The notes below the pieces were generated by a model. It saw only the letters and a program-made list of their open reading frames with translations. It was not told the origin of the DNA and ran no database searches. A DNA stretch of 64,000 nt from positions 26,727 to 90,726 of the forward strand of contig JAGASL010000006.1 of assembly GCA_017621755.1 (NCBI GenBank). Direction: 5' to 3'. Position numbers and translations under genes: made by a program. This DNA is from Clostridia bacterium. Its GTDB lineage: Bacteria; Bacillota; Clostridia; Oscillospirales; CAG-272. Shown piece after piece: positions 37,063 to 46,829 of the stretch; position 1 is the first letter of the stretch, and every line of letters begins with the position of its first letter.

Positions 37063-39498
37063 TCAATGAATCAACAGGTCATCTGCTTCGGCAAAATCAT
37101 TCGCTGCATCAAAGCACTTAAACTCGTATCCATTCAGCGTCAGCTCGCGGGATACGCCCAACACGGCAGAGGAAATCGTGAACGTAACCGTCTCTTCCGT
37201 GCTGTTAAACAAGCGTACAAGCAGGCTTTCCCCTTGCCGGCAGCAGGCCGAGACCACAATGGCACGCTGATCAAGCAGAAATAAGGGAGCAACCTCGCCC
37301 TCTGTCTTGATCGGGAAGAAGTTGATCGGCGCTGCCGTCTGCTTCAGGGCCATATTACGCGCTTCAACGCGGGTCTCCAAATAGCCCGCTTCGCCCTCCG
37401 TCAGTACAAACATACCATCTACCATGCCCTGGTCAATACGATCTACGTAGCGATCGGTATTCGTCAAGGGGCGATCGGGGATCGGATGGCCTGCATACGC
37501 CGCCGGCTGCACTACGCCAAAGGAGACCGTGCCGCCCTGTGCGCGTACGCCGTAGTTGCCAAAATTGATGATGCCGGCCGTGCGACCGCCCTGGCTATAA
37601 AGCACGTAATCCTGGAATACCTGCTCTCTGCCGTCCTGCGTGATCTCCTGCATGCCAAACATCGTTTTTCCCGAAAGGCTGCCATTCTGCGGCAGATCAA
37701 ATTCCATACGCAGGATCTTATCCTTTTCTGCATTAAAGAGCCTATATTCCACCTGTATCTCTTCGCAATCATGCGGAATGATATAGCGAACGATCGCCCA
37801 GCTTTCGTGATATTCTAAATAGGATTCTACGATGGTGCGCACCGGGCCATCCTCTACGATGCTGACAGGCTTACCATCCGGCGCCACGAAGCGGTCGCCC
37901 ATCTTTTCTGCCGGCATGAGATGAAATTCACCGCATTTAGTTTTATAATCCTCATAGTGGAAGCCCCACGGATCACCGCAGTAATCATAAACAACAAGCC
38001 TTGCACTACCGGGCAAAACAGCCTCATGGCCGTTATGCACCCAGCGGTCGATCAAGCCGGTCTGCGGATCAATGGCAAACGTATTGTTGCCATTGGTGAA
38101 GGTTAGCGAAAGCTCCTTTTCCCGTTCCACCGGGTCAGCCAGGCTGAAGCGACAGCTGAACCGATTCATGGCAGAAGGGGCCAGCTTAGCGCGGAACACG
38201 ATGCGCTTACGCCAATCAAGATTCATATTCGCGCTCGGCTTTTCAAGCTGGCTGGGAATAACCGTACCACCTTGCTTGATCTCCGGCACATAGATCTGCG
38301 GCAGCCAGTTCTGATTCTCCAGATTCAGCTCGCAGACCATAGTAGCATCCACCTCGAAGGGATGCGGATTATATACAAAGATCGGATATTCGCCCACATC
38401 CGCACGCGCCTGCCCGCGCGTGAGCGCGATAAAGGCGTGATATTTCAAATCGCGGGCTAAGGATAACCCATAGTTGAGTTTCTGCAGCGCATCCCGCTCG
38501 CCCTCCTTGACTGAGGTGCCTGGCAGGATGTCATGAAACTCACAGAATAGCAGTTTTTTCTCGATCTGCCGTAATTCATCTGCTGGATATTCACTTCCAC
38601 AATAGGATGCATGGGCGCACATTTTTTCAGCAACGTAAAGCTCGTTTTCCAGCTTTTGGTGCAGCTTTTTAATACCGATCTGCGAGGTGTAGCAGCCCGG
38701 GAAGATATGCTTCAAAGATTCCTCCATCACCGGCAGGCTATCTCTTCTCTTCTCCAGCCCTTCAAAATATTCCTCCATCGAGGTGTGCTTGATCTCCACC
38801 TCCGGATGCTCACGGCGCACGGCATCAATATCCGCAAGATCCTTACGGCTGGGCCCGCCACCATGATTGCCAACACCCCAGAAAAGAATATGCTCGTCAC
38901 GATTCTCCTTTTCCATATTGGCAATACCGTTACGCACCTTTTCGCCGGCCACGCCAAGCAGCGTGCAATAGAAGTCTATGGCGCGGTGAAGCAGGATCTC
39001 GCTATTGTTATAGCCACGCCACACAAAATCGCGCCCTTGCGGGTCGCTTGCTGCGCGGCGGCAGCAAACGTAGCCGGTGTAACCGGTGCGCTGCAAGATC
39101 TGAACCAGGCCGCGGCTGTGACCAAAGCTATCAAAATTGACGGCAATGTGCGGCGAAACGCCAAACTTCTCTTTGAAATATGCCTGCCCAACGGCGATCT
39201 GGCGCAAAATGCTCTCGCCGCTTGGCATATTAACGTCCGGCTGGATGTACCAGCCACCCATAATGATCCAGCGGCCGTTAGCCACGTGGCGCTTGATGCG
39301 CTCAAAGAGCGCGGGGGATGTCTTTTCTACGAATTCGTACAATACGCTTTCGTTATGGTTAAAAACGAAGCCGGGGTATTCCTCTAAAAAATCGGCTGCT
39401 TGAGAGAAGGTGGTGATAGCGGTACCAAGACCTTCTTCATATTCCCACAGCCATACGGGGTCGATATGGGCATTACAAACCAAAAAGAGTTTTTTCAT
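37063..39498 (-). CDS. Alpha-mannosidase, glycoside hydrolase family 38
   Basis: NAHIDPVWLW, GGWY.QPD.N.PSGES, DSFGH, G.GNHGGGP, GCYTS and FHDILPG motifs. Confidence 0.92.
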   Translation of the reverse strand: MKKLFLVCNAHIDPVWLWEYEEGLGTAITTFSQAADFLEEYPGFVFNHNESVLYEFVEKTSPALFERIKRHVANGRWIIMGGWYIQPDVNMPSGESILRQIAVGQAYFKEKFGVSPHIAVNFDSFGHSRGLVQILQRTGYTGYVCCRRAASDPQGRDFVWRGYNNSEILLHRAIDFYCTLLGVAGEKVRNGIANMEKENRDEHILFWGVGNHGGGPSRKDLADIDAVRREHPEVEIKHTSMEEYFEGLEKRRDSLPVMEESLKHIFPGCYTSQIGIKKLHQKLENELYVAEKMCAHASYCGSEYPADELRQIEKKLLFCEFHDILPGTSVKEGERDALQKLNYGLSLARDLKYHAFIALTRGQARADVGEYPIFVYNPHPFEVDATMVCELNLENQNWLPQIYVPEIKQGGTVIPSQLEKPSANMNLDWRKRIVFRAKLAPSAMNRFSCRFSLADPVEREKELSLTFTNGNNTFAIDPQTGLIDRWVHNGHEAVLPGSARLVVYDYCGDPWGFHYEDYKTKCGEFHLMPAEKMGDRFVAPDGKPVSIVEDGPVRTIVESYLEYHESWAIVRYIIPHDCEEIQVEYRLFNAEKDKILRMEFDLPQNGSLSGKTMFGMQEITQDGREQVFQDYVLYSQGGRTAGIINFGNYGVRAQGGTVSFGVVQPAAYAGHPIPDRPLTNTDRYVDRIDQGMVDGMFVLTEGEAGYLETRVEARNMALKQTAAPINFFPIKTEGEVAPLFLLDQRAIVVSACCRQGESLLVRLFNSTEETVTFTISSAVLGVSRELTLNGYEFKCFDAANDFAEADDLLIH

Positions 39499-39644
39499 GA
39501 GCGCCTCCTGTATTCATCTTGGTGTTTCCAGTATAGCACACTTCTCTTTTAAGGGCAAGATACAATTTCATAACAATTGTTGAAACTATATCTATTTGTT
39601 ATATCGTTATATGATTTTTTGAAAATACATATATAACAATAAGC

Positions 39645-39681
39645 AAAAAAGACCGAAACGCCGTTGCGTTTCGGTCTTTTT
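39645..39681 (-). terminator. Terminator after tRNA-Lys
   Basis: AAAAAGACCGAAACGC / GCGTTTCGGTCTTTTT. Confidence 0.75.
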
Positions 39682-39756
39682 GGTGCTCCATCGGAGACTC
39701 GAACTCCGGACACCATGATTAAAAGTCATGTGCTCTACCATCTGAGCTAATGGGGC
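39681..39756 (-). tRNA. tRNA-Lys (anticodon TTT)
   Basis: GCCCCATTAGCTCAGATGGTAGAGCACATGACTTTTAATCATGGTGTCCGGAGTTCGAGTCTCCGATGGAGCACCA forms a cloverleaf with encoded CCA. TTGACA-N17-TATCAT promoter at 39790-39818. Confidence 0.97.
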
Positions 39757-39840
39757 GTATGCAAATCGGTCTTTGATATCGACTTGCATATGATACCATA
39801 TTTTTTCTTTTTTGTCAAGGCATTATCTAAATTTTTTTGA

Positions 39841-41109
39841 TTATTCGCCGTAATCCGAAAAACCGGAAAGACAGCATTCCAGTTTCAGCAGGCGATTGTA
39901 TTTGGCCACGCGCTCGCTGCGGCACGGGGCGCCGGATTTGATATAGCCGGCATTGGTTGCCAGTGCCAGGTCGGCGATCGTGGTATCCTCTGTTTCGCCA
40001 GAGCGGTGCGAAAGAATATAGCGGTAATGGTGCCGCTGCGCCATGCGGATCACATCCATCGTTTCAGAGAGGGTTCCGATCTGGTTTGGCTTGATCAAAA
40101 TGGCATTTGCCGCGCCGCAGCCAATACCCATACGCAGGCGCGTAGGGTTGGTGACGAACAGGTCATCACCTACCAGCATGATCTTCGCACCAAGCGAACG
40201 TGTCAAGGCATTCCAGGCATCAAAATCCTCTTCACCAAAGCCGTCCTCGATCGAGGCGATGGGATAGCGGTGTACAAGCCGCTCCCAATACGCAAGCAGC
40301 TCCTCGACGGCCATTTGCTTTCCCCTTTTGGGAAGCACGTACCCTTCCCCTTCGCCCTTGCGCCATTCGCTGGCGGCGGCATCCAAGGCGATCTTTACCG
40401 TATCAAAATCATAGCCGGCCTTTTGAATAGCCTCACAGATCAGCTCGATGGCATCCTCATCGCTCCCTAGATCCGGCGCGTAGCCACCCTCATCCCCCAC
40501 CGTAGTGGCCAAGCCGCGCACACGCAGCAGCTTGCCGAGCATTTTATAGATCTCGCTGCCCATGCGCATTGCCTCTGCAAAGCTGGCAGCGCCGACCGGC
40601 ATGATCATAAATTCTTGAATATCCACGTTGTTTGCCGCATGCGCGCCACCGTTTAAGATATTCATCATGGGGATCGGCATTCGCTTTGCCATTGAACCAC
40701 CCACGTAACGATATAAGGGCTGGCCAAGCGAAAGCGCGGCCGCGCGTGCCGCCGCCAGCGAAACGGCCAGCATCGCGTTCGCCCCCAGCTTGCTCTTGTT
40801 TTCGGTACCGTCCAAGACCAGCATAGTGTGGTCGATCTCCTCCTGCTCGTAGGCAGAAATGCCGCTTATTGCCGGGGAAATAAGCTTGTTGACGTTATAA
40901 ACGGCATCAAGCACGCCCTTGCCCTCATAGCGCTGGCGCCCACTATCGCGCAGCTCGTGCGCTTCATAACGCCCGGTGGACGCACCGGATGGCACCGAAG
41001 CGATACCAGTCGTACCATCAGACAGCAAGACGCTTGCTTCTACCGTTGGGGTTCCCCGTGAATCTAAAATTTCGCGTGCCGTTACGCGAACAATCTGATT
41101 TTTTCCCAT
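39841..41109 (-). CDS. eno: Enolase (phosphopyruvate hydratase), possibly a sporulation-linked paralog
   Basis: [56 protein letters not shown] and RSERVAKYN motifs. GAGGTG RBS precedes the ATG at 41109. Confidence 0.95.
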   Translation of the reverse strand: MGKNQIVRVTAREILDSRGTPTVEASVLLSDGTTGIASVPSGASTGRYEAHELRDSGRQRYEGKGVLDAVYNVNKLISPAISGISAYEQEEIDHTMLVLDGTENKSKLGANAMLAVSLAAARAAALSLGQPLYRYVGGSMAKRMPIPMMNILNGGAHAANNVDIQEFMIMPVGAASFAEAMRMGSEIYKMLGKLLRVRGLATTVGDEGGYAPDLGSDEDAIELICEAIQKAGYDFDTVKIALDAAASEWRKGEGEGYVLPKRGKQMAVEELLAYWERLVHRYPIASIEDGFGEEDFDAWNALTRSLGAKIMLVGDDLFVTNPTRLRMGIGCGAANAILIKPNQIGTLSETMDVIRMAQRHHYRYILSHRSGETEDTTIADLALATNAGYIKSGAPCRSERVAKYNRLLKLECCLSGFSDYGE

Positions 41110-41136
41110 TTCGCACCTCGTTTTTCTATATGGTGG

Positions 41137-41166
41137 TAGTATATCCATCAAACGGTTCCTTCATAC
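41137..41166 (-). promoter_or_regulatory. Putative forespore sigma-F/sigma-G promoter of eno
   Basis: Minus strand GTATG-N15-GGATATACTA (sigma-F consensus GYATA-N15-GGnnAnAHTR). Confidence 0.6.
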
Positions 41167-41234
41167 AGTAAAGCAATGCCCGCATTGTTTAGCGCAGGCA
41201 TCGTTTTAGAATATCAGACTTATTTCGAAGCAGA

Positions 41235-41843
41235 TCAATCCGCAATATATTCACGCACCTTCAGCGGTACACCGGCCTCATCACAAAGGCGCTGACATTC
41301 GGCAAGCGCCTCGGGTGACAGGAACTGGCGAACAACCGAAAAAATGACCTGTGGCACATATTCCTTGACACGAGAAGCAAAGGAAAACATACCGTCAAAG
41401 GCGGCAAGGCCATATTTCGAGTGACAAATGGCATCATATTCCTCGGCAGACGGTGCATTCAGGCTGATAGACAACACGTCAAAGCAGCCAGCAAAGCGTG
41501 CGGCAACGTCTTCCCCGTAGATCAGCGAGGCATGGCCGTTTGTGTTTAAGCGGATCTTAACAGCAGGGTACGCCCGGCGCACCTGCCCACAGACCCAAAG
41601 CATATCATCCAACCGGCAGGTAGGCTCCCCGTAGCCGCAGAAGATCAGCTCACCGTATGCCGTAGGATCGGCCTGCTGAATAGCAGCCCACACCTCTTCT
41701 CGGCTCGGCTCACGCTCCAGCCAAAGGCTATCGCTACCGTATGCGCCGTCACCATTCTTGCGAATGCAAAAATCGCAGCGATTGGTGCACTTATTCGTCA
41801 TGTTTACGTACAGGCCGTTTTCTACAACGTAGGTGATCGTCAT
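41235..41843 (-). CDS. TatD-associated radical SAM protein
   Basis: LYVN.TNKCTNRCDFC.R, LWLEREP, FCGYGEP, IRLNTNG and SISLNA motifs; immediately after tatD. Confidence 0.9.
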   Translation of the reverse strand: MTITYVVENGLYVNMTNKCTNRCDFCIRKNGDGAYGSDSLWLEREPSREEVWAAIQQADPTAYGELIFCGYGEPTCRLDDMLWVCGQVRRAYPAVKIRLNTNGHASLIYGEDVAARFAGCFDVLSISLNAPSAEEYDAICHSKYGLAAFDGMFSFASRVKEYVPQVIFSVVRQFLSPEALAECQRLCDEAGVPLKVREYIAD

Positions 41844-42653
41844 TTATATTCCCTCCCAGAGGCGAAACAATCTTTTGGCGTTTTGAGAAGTGATGGCAAC
41901 TGCCTCCTCATAGCTTACCCCCCAAAGCTCGGCCAGCTTTTCCGCCGTGTGGCGCACAAGGCCTGAATGGTTGAGATGGCCACGGAATGGGTGCGGTGCT
42001 AAATAGGGGCAATCGGTTTCTATCAAAACGCGGTCTTGTGGCAAGGATGCAGCAACTGCCGCAATTTTTGTGGCGTTTTTGAAGGTTATAGTGCCGGAAA
42101 AAGAAATGCAAAAGCCACGGCGGATCAGATCCTGTGCCATTTCCGCGCTGCCGCTGTAGCTATGAAACACGCCGAACACGCCGGGGTGACGGCAGATCGC
42201 ATCAAAGCAATCGCCGTGCGCCTCTCGATCGTGAATGATGACCGGCATCTGATATTTCACAGCCAACGACAACTGGGCATCCAGGTATTCTGCCTGCATT
42301 TTTTTGTCGGTTTCCGGGTAATGGTAGTCAAGCCCTATCTCGCCAAGCGCTACGATCTTATTCTCTCGTGGTGCCTGCAAAAGCAGCTCCAGCTTGCCAA
42401 GCTCTGCCCCCATATCCGGGTAACGCTGCGCATCAGATGGGTGAATACCCACAGCGGCATACATCAGCGGATAACGCTTTGCCTGCGCGATGGCGGCAAG
42501 CGACGTACCGATATCGGTACCCACGTTGACAATGCCGCCAAGCTCACAGGTAGCAAACAAGGAATCAAGCAGCGAATCGACACCGCTGGGACATTCCTCA
42601 GAGTGAAAGCGCGCATCAAAATAGTGCGCATGGGAATCAAACAGCAGCGCCAT
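41844..42653 (-). CDS. tatD: TatD family nuclease/hydrolase
   Basis: DSHAH, GIHP, GEIGLDY, IHDREA, HSYSG and ETDCPYL.P motifs. Confidence 0.93.
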   Translation of the reverse strand: MALLFDSHAHYFDARFHSEECPSGVDSLLDSLFATCELGGIVNVGTDIGTSLAAIAQAKRYPLMYAAVGIHPSDAQRYPDMGAELGKLELLLQAPRENKIVALGEIGLDYHYPETDKKMQAEYLDAQLSLAVKYQMPVIIHDREAHGDCFDAICRHPGVFGVFHSYSGSAEMAQDLIRRGFCISFSGTITFKNATKIAAVAASLPQDRVLIETDCPYLAPHPFRGHLNHSGLVRHTAEKLAELWGVSYEEAVAITSQNAKRLFRLWEGI

Positions 42654-44608
42654 TAGCGAATACGGCTGCCAAGCGGCGTATCATCATCAAGGAAGGCAAC
42701 GCGAATACGGTCGCCGCCGGAGGCCAAGATCATACCGTTACTCTCTACCCCGCACAGCTTAGCTGGAGCCAGGTTGGCAACGATGATTACCTTTTTGCCG
42801 ATTAGCTCCTCAGGTGCATAATCCTTGGCAATGCCGGAAACGATCTGGCGTTTTTCATAGCCAAGATCCACCTCCAGGCGGAGCAGCTTTTTGGATTTAG
42901 GCAGCTTTTCGCAGACTAAAATCTTGGCAGCACGCAAATCAACGCCAAAGAAATCGTCAATTGTGATCTCTGCGGGGTGCTCGTCATCCTCGTCTTTGGC
43001 AACAGGCTCCTTCGGCTTAGCAGCCTCTTCAGCAGCCTTGCGCTCTGCTTCACGGTCGACAAGGAACTTTGCCTCGTCAATACGGGCGAACAGCACGCAG
43101 CCCTCGCCAAGCTTCTCACCGCTCTTGAGCGCACCAAAGCCTTCGATGGTTGCATAATCGGTCTTATCCGTTGCCAGGATAGCAAAGATCTTCTCTGCCG
43201 TAGCAGGGATAAACGGAGTCAGTAAAACAGCAGCAGAGCGGATCACCTCAAGCAGGTTATAAAGCACGGTGCCAAGGCGCTCGCGCTTGCTCTCATCCTT
43301 TGCCAGGGCCCAGGGCATAGTCTCATCAATATACTTATTGGCGCGGCGCAGCATAGAGAAGATCTCATCCAGCGCATCGGCAATATGGTAATCCTCCATC
43401 AGGCGGCGGGATTCGGCCTTCGCCTTGAGAACGGCAGCCTTCAGCTCACCATCCGTTCCCTCCTCGGCACCGGGTGCCGGAATGATGCCCTCGAAATACT
43501 TCGTGGTCATAGCATGGGTACGGCTGACCAGGTTGCCAAGATTGTTGGCTAGGTCAGTATTATAGCGGTTGATCACGTTCTCATAGGTGATGCTACCGTC
43601 AGCCGCATACGGCATCTCGGACAGGGCGTAATAGCGAACGCCGTCTACCGAGATCAGATCAGCCAGCTCATCGGCATACACCACGTTGCCGCGAGATTTC
43701 GACATCTTATCCACGCCCGAATTAAACCACGGGTGGCCAAACACCTTTTTCGGCAGCGGCAGCCCCAGCGCCATCAGGAAGATGGGCCAGTAGATGGTGT
43801 GGAAGCGAAGAATATCCTTACCTATGATATGCACGTCAGCCGGCCAGTTGTGGTTGAACAGCGCAGGCTGCTCGGCATTATCGGGGTCATAGCCGAGGGC
43901 GGTGATATAATTGGAAAGCGCATCTACCCATACGTAGATCACATGCTTTTCATCAAACGGAACCGGGATGCCCCACTTAAACGAGGTGCGGGAAACGCAC
44001 AGGTCCTGCAGGCCGGCCTTTAAGAAGTTGTTGACCATTTCCTTTTTGCGCAGCTCGGGCTCGATAAACTCTGGGTTCTCCTCAATGTGCTTGATCAGGC
44101 GGTCTACGTACTTGCTCATACGGAAGAAGTAGGCCTCCTCCTTTGCGCGCTGCACCGGGCGACCGCAATCCGGGCACACGCCGTTGGTCACCTGCGTATC
44201 GGTAAAGAAGGACTCATCCGGCACGCAGTACCAGCCCTCGTACTCGCTCTTATAGATATCGCCCTGATCGTAAAACTTCTTAAAGATGTGCTGCACGCTC
44301 TTGACGTGCTTTTCGTCGGTGGTGCGGATAAACTGATCGTAGCTGGCGTTCATCAGATCCCAGATACGGCGCACCTCGCCGGAAACCTTATCCACGTATG
44401 CCTGCGGCGTAATGCCGGCATCCTTAGCGCAATCCTCGATCTTTTGACCGTGCTCATCGGTGCCGGTCAGGAAATACACGTCCTTGCCCATCTGGCGCTG
44501 AAAGCGCGCAACGGCATCCGACATGATGATCTCATAGGTATTACCAAAATGCGGCTTGCGCGAGCTGTAAGCAATCGCGGTGGTGATATAAAACTTTTCT
44601 TTTCCCAT
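42653..44608 (-). CDS. metG: Methionyl-tRNA synthetase with C-terminal tRNA-binding domain
   Basis: YITTAIAY, HFGN (HIGH variant), GTDEHG, YVWVDAL, GKDI.RFH and KMSKS motifs; Trbp111-like tail. Confidence 0.97.
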   Translation of the reverse strand: MGKEKFYITTAIAYSSRKPHFGNTYEIIMSDAVARFQRQMGKDVYFLTGTDEHGQKIEDCAKDAGITPQAYVDKVSGEVRRIWDLMNASYDQFIRTTDEKHVKSVQHIFKKFYDQGDIYKSEYEGWYCVPDESFFTDTQVTNGVCPDCGRPVQRAKEEAYFFRMSKYVDRLIKHIEENPEFIEPELRKKEMVNNFLKAGLQDLCVSRTSFKWGIPVPFDEKHVIYVWVDALSNYITALGYDPDNAEQPALFNHNWPADVHIIGKDILRFHTIYWPIFLMALGLPLPKKVFGHPWFNSGVDKMSKSRGNVVYADELADLISVDGVRYYALSEMPYAADGSITYENVINRYNTDLANNLGNLVSRTHAMTTKYFEGIIPAPGAEEGTDGELKAAVLKAKAESRRLMEDYHIADALDEIFSMLRRANKYIDETMPWALAKDESKRERLGTVLYNLLEVIRSAAVLLTPFIPATAEKIFAILATDKTDYATIEGFGALKSGEKLGEGCVLFARIDEAKFLVDREAERKAAEEAAKPKEPVAKDEDDEHPAEITIDDFFGVDLRAAKILVCEKLPKSKKLLRLEVDLGYEKRQIVSGIAKDYAPEELIGKKVIIVANLAPAKLCGVESNGMILASGGDRIRVAFLDDDTPLGSRIR

Positions 44609-44779
44609 TGCTTTATCTCCTCTGCAGTCTTTCTGCGATTATACAATTCTATTTACATATTTTATCACATAACGCAAAAAAATTCAATAGTTTTTCTCTT
44701 TTCCACACACCTTTTATGATTATATCTTGATTTTTTCGCGTTTTCATGATATACTGAACAAAAAAGGGGGAACGACGCT

Positions 44780-44989
44780 ATGCGCTGTAAAAAGGAACTG
44801 CCTTACGATAAATGCTGCTTCTACTGTGAAAAGGGAGCAATTCAAGAGAATGGCGAAACGGTATACTGCCAAAAAAAGAAGCAAGAAGTACCCGCCGATC
44901 AGGTATGCCACGCGTTCTCCTATGACCTGCTTCGCCGCAAGCCGGAATTCCCTAAGCTGCCCGATGTAGAGCTGCCCACGTTAGATTAA
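44780..44989 (+). CDS. Small Cys-rich hypothetical protein (69 aa), putative zinc-binding
   Basis: C-x2-C...C...C-x2-F-x-YD-L-L-RR-x-P pattern. AGGGGG RBS, TTGATT-N17-TATACT promoter (44727-44755) and a terminator follow. Confidence 0.75.
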   Translation: MRCKKELPYDKCCFYCEKGAIQENGETVYCQKKKQEVPADQVCHAFSYDLLRRKPEFPKLPDVELPTLD

Positions 44990-45004
44990 TTATTTATCTA
45001 TACA

Positions 45005-45036
45005 AAAGAAGCCGATGCATGCGCATCGGCTTCTTT
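45005..45036. terminator. Bidirectional terminator
   Basis: AAAGAAGCCGATGC / GCATCGGCTTCTTT. Confidence 0.75.
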
Positions 45037-45050
45037 CTATCTAGCAATAA

Positions 45051-46829
45051 TTAGCCCAGATTTGCCTTCAGGGTGGCCAGCTGGTTCTTCAGCTCTGCGG
45101 GAAGCTTGTCGCCAAACTTCTTGTAGTGCTCCTCAATCTCAGCGGCTTCCTTCTTCCAGGTCTCGGCATCTACCGTCAGGATGGACTTCAGGGTCTCCAT
45201 ATCCATATCCAGGTCGGTCAGGTCGATATCCTCAGGCTTCGGAACGAAACCAATGGCGGTCTCGGTAGCATCAGCCTTGCCCTCGCAGCGATCAATGATC
45301 CAGTTCAGGACACGCATATTGTCGCCGAAGCCGGGCCACAGGAAGTTACCCTCATCATCGGTACGGAACCAGTTAACGTTGAAGATCTTCGGTGCCTTGT
45401 CGCCCAGCTTTTTGCCCATATCGAGCCAGTGCTGGAAGTAGTCACCCATATGATAGCCGCAGAACGGCAGCATAGCCATCGGGTCGCGGCGTACAACGCC
45501 AACCGCACCGGCAGCGGCAGCGGTGGTCTCAGATGCCATAGCGGAGCCGATGAACACACCGTTTTCCCAGTTCTTGGACTGGTAAACCAGAGGCGTGCAC
45601 TTTGCACGGCGGCCACCAAAGATGATGGCAGAGATCGGCACACCCGCACCCTTATCAAACTCCTCGGAAATGCAAGGGCAGTTCTCTGCCGGTGCGGTAA
45701 AGCGAGAGTTCGGGTGAGCGGCGTAGGTGCTCTTATCAGCCTTTACGAACATAGAGGGGTTCCAGGGGTTACCCTTCCACTCCAGCGCGTTTTCAGGCGG
45801 ATTCTTATCCAGGCCTTCCCACCAAACGGTGTTGGTGTCAAGGTTGAGAGCAACGTTGGTGAAGATGGTATTCTTCTTGGTGGATTCCAGCGCGTTGAAG
45901 TTCGACTTCTCGTTGGTACCGGGGGCAACGCCAAAGAAGCCGTTTTCGGGGTTGATGGCGTAGAGACGGCCATCAGCACCGATGCGCATCCAGGCAATAT
46001 CGTCACCAACGGTCCACACCTTGTAGCCCTTTTCCTTGAGGTACTTAGGCGGAATGAGCATGGCCAGGTTGGTCTTACCGCAGGCGGAGGGGAATGCAGC
46101 AGCAATGTACTTAACCTCGCCCTTCGGATTTTCAAGACCCAGGATCAGCATATGCTCTGCCATCCAGCCTTCCTTCCAGCCCTGGTAGGAGGCGATACGA
46201 AGAGCAAAGCACTTCTTACCAAGCAGCACGTTGCCACCGTAACCGGAGTTAACGGAAATGATGGTATTATCCTCCGGGAACTGGCAGATATAGCGCTTTT
46301 CGGGATCAATATCACAACGGGAATGGAAGGCACGAACCCAGTCATTGGAATCACCCAGGGTGTCCAGCACCTTGGTGCCTACGCGCGTCATAATGATCAT
46401 GTTCAGCACAACGTAAACCGAATCGGTAATTTCAATACCGATCTTGGCAAGAGGAGAGCCGATCGGGCCCATCGAGAACGGAATGATATACATCGTCTTG
46501 CCCATATAAGAGCCACGAGCGATATCATACAGCTTCTTGTACATTTCGGCCGGCGCACACCAGTTGTTGGTGGGGCCTGCATCCTCCTGCTTGGTGGTGC
46601 AGATAAAGGTTCTGTCCTCTACACGAGCAACGTCGTTGGGGTTGGTTCTGTGCAGATAGCAGCCGGGCAGCATTTCCTCGTTCAGCTTATGCAGCTCGCC
46701 GGTCTTAACAGCCAGCTCGCGAAGCTCGTTCAACTGCTGCTCGCTACCGTCGATCCACATAACATTGTCAGGCTTTACGAGATTCTTCATCTCCTCAACC
46801 CAGGCCAATACTTGCTTGTTGTTGGTCAT
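45051..46829 (-). CDS. pckG: Phosphoenolpyruvate carboxykinase (GTP)
   Basis: DVARVE, GYGGNVLLGKKCFALR, AEHM, FPSACGKTNLAM, GDDIAW, HPNSRF and WPGFGDN motifs. Strong high-expression codon bias. TTGCAA-N17-TATAAT promoter at 46908-46936. Confidence 0.97.
   Translation of the reverse strand: MTNNKQVLAWVEEMKNLVKPDNVMWIDGSEQQLNELRELAVKTGELHKLNEEMLPGCYLHRTNPNDVARVEDRTFICTTKQEDAGPTNNWCAPAEMYKKLYDIARGSYMGKTMYIIPFSMGPIGSPLAKIGIEITDSVYVVLNMIIMTRVGTKVLDTLGDSNDWVRAFHSRCDIDPEKRYICQFPEDNTIISVNSGYGGNVLLGKKCFALRIASYQGWKEGWMAEHMLILGLENPKGEVKYIAAAFPSACGKTNLAMLIPPKYLKEKGYKVWTVGDDIAWMRIGADGRLYAINPENGFFGVAPGTNEKSNFNALESTKKNTIFTNVALNLDTNTVWWEGLDKNPPENALEWKGNPWNPSMFVKADKSTYAAHPNSRFTAPAENCPCISEEFDKGAGVPISAIIFGGRRAKCTPLVYQSKNWENGVFIGSAMASETTAAAAGAVGVVRRDPMAMLPFCGYHMGDYFQHWLDMGKKLGDKAPKIFNVNWFRTDDEGNFLWPGFGDNMRVLNWIIDRCEGKADATETAIGFVPKPEDIDLTDLDMDMETLKSILTVDAETWKKEAAEIEEHYKKFGDKLPAELKNQLATLKANLG

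Noticed and set aside
39607-39789. Short ORFs overlapping tRNA genes (also 62205-62691)
   Set aside because: Explained by the tRNA sequences; no coding signals.
44609-44700. T-box or SAM riboswitch ahead of metG
   Set aside because: A sigma-A-like promoter lies only ~50 nt from the ATG; there is no room and no T-box motif.
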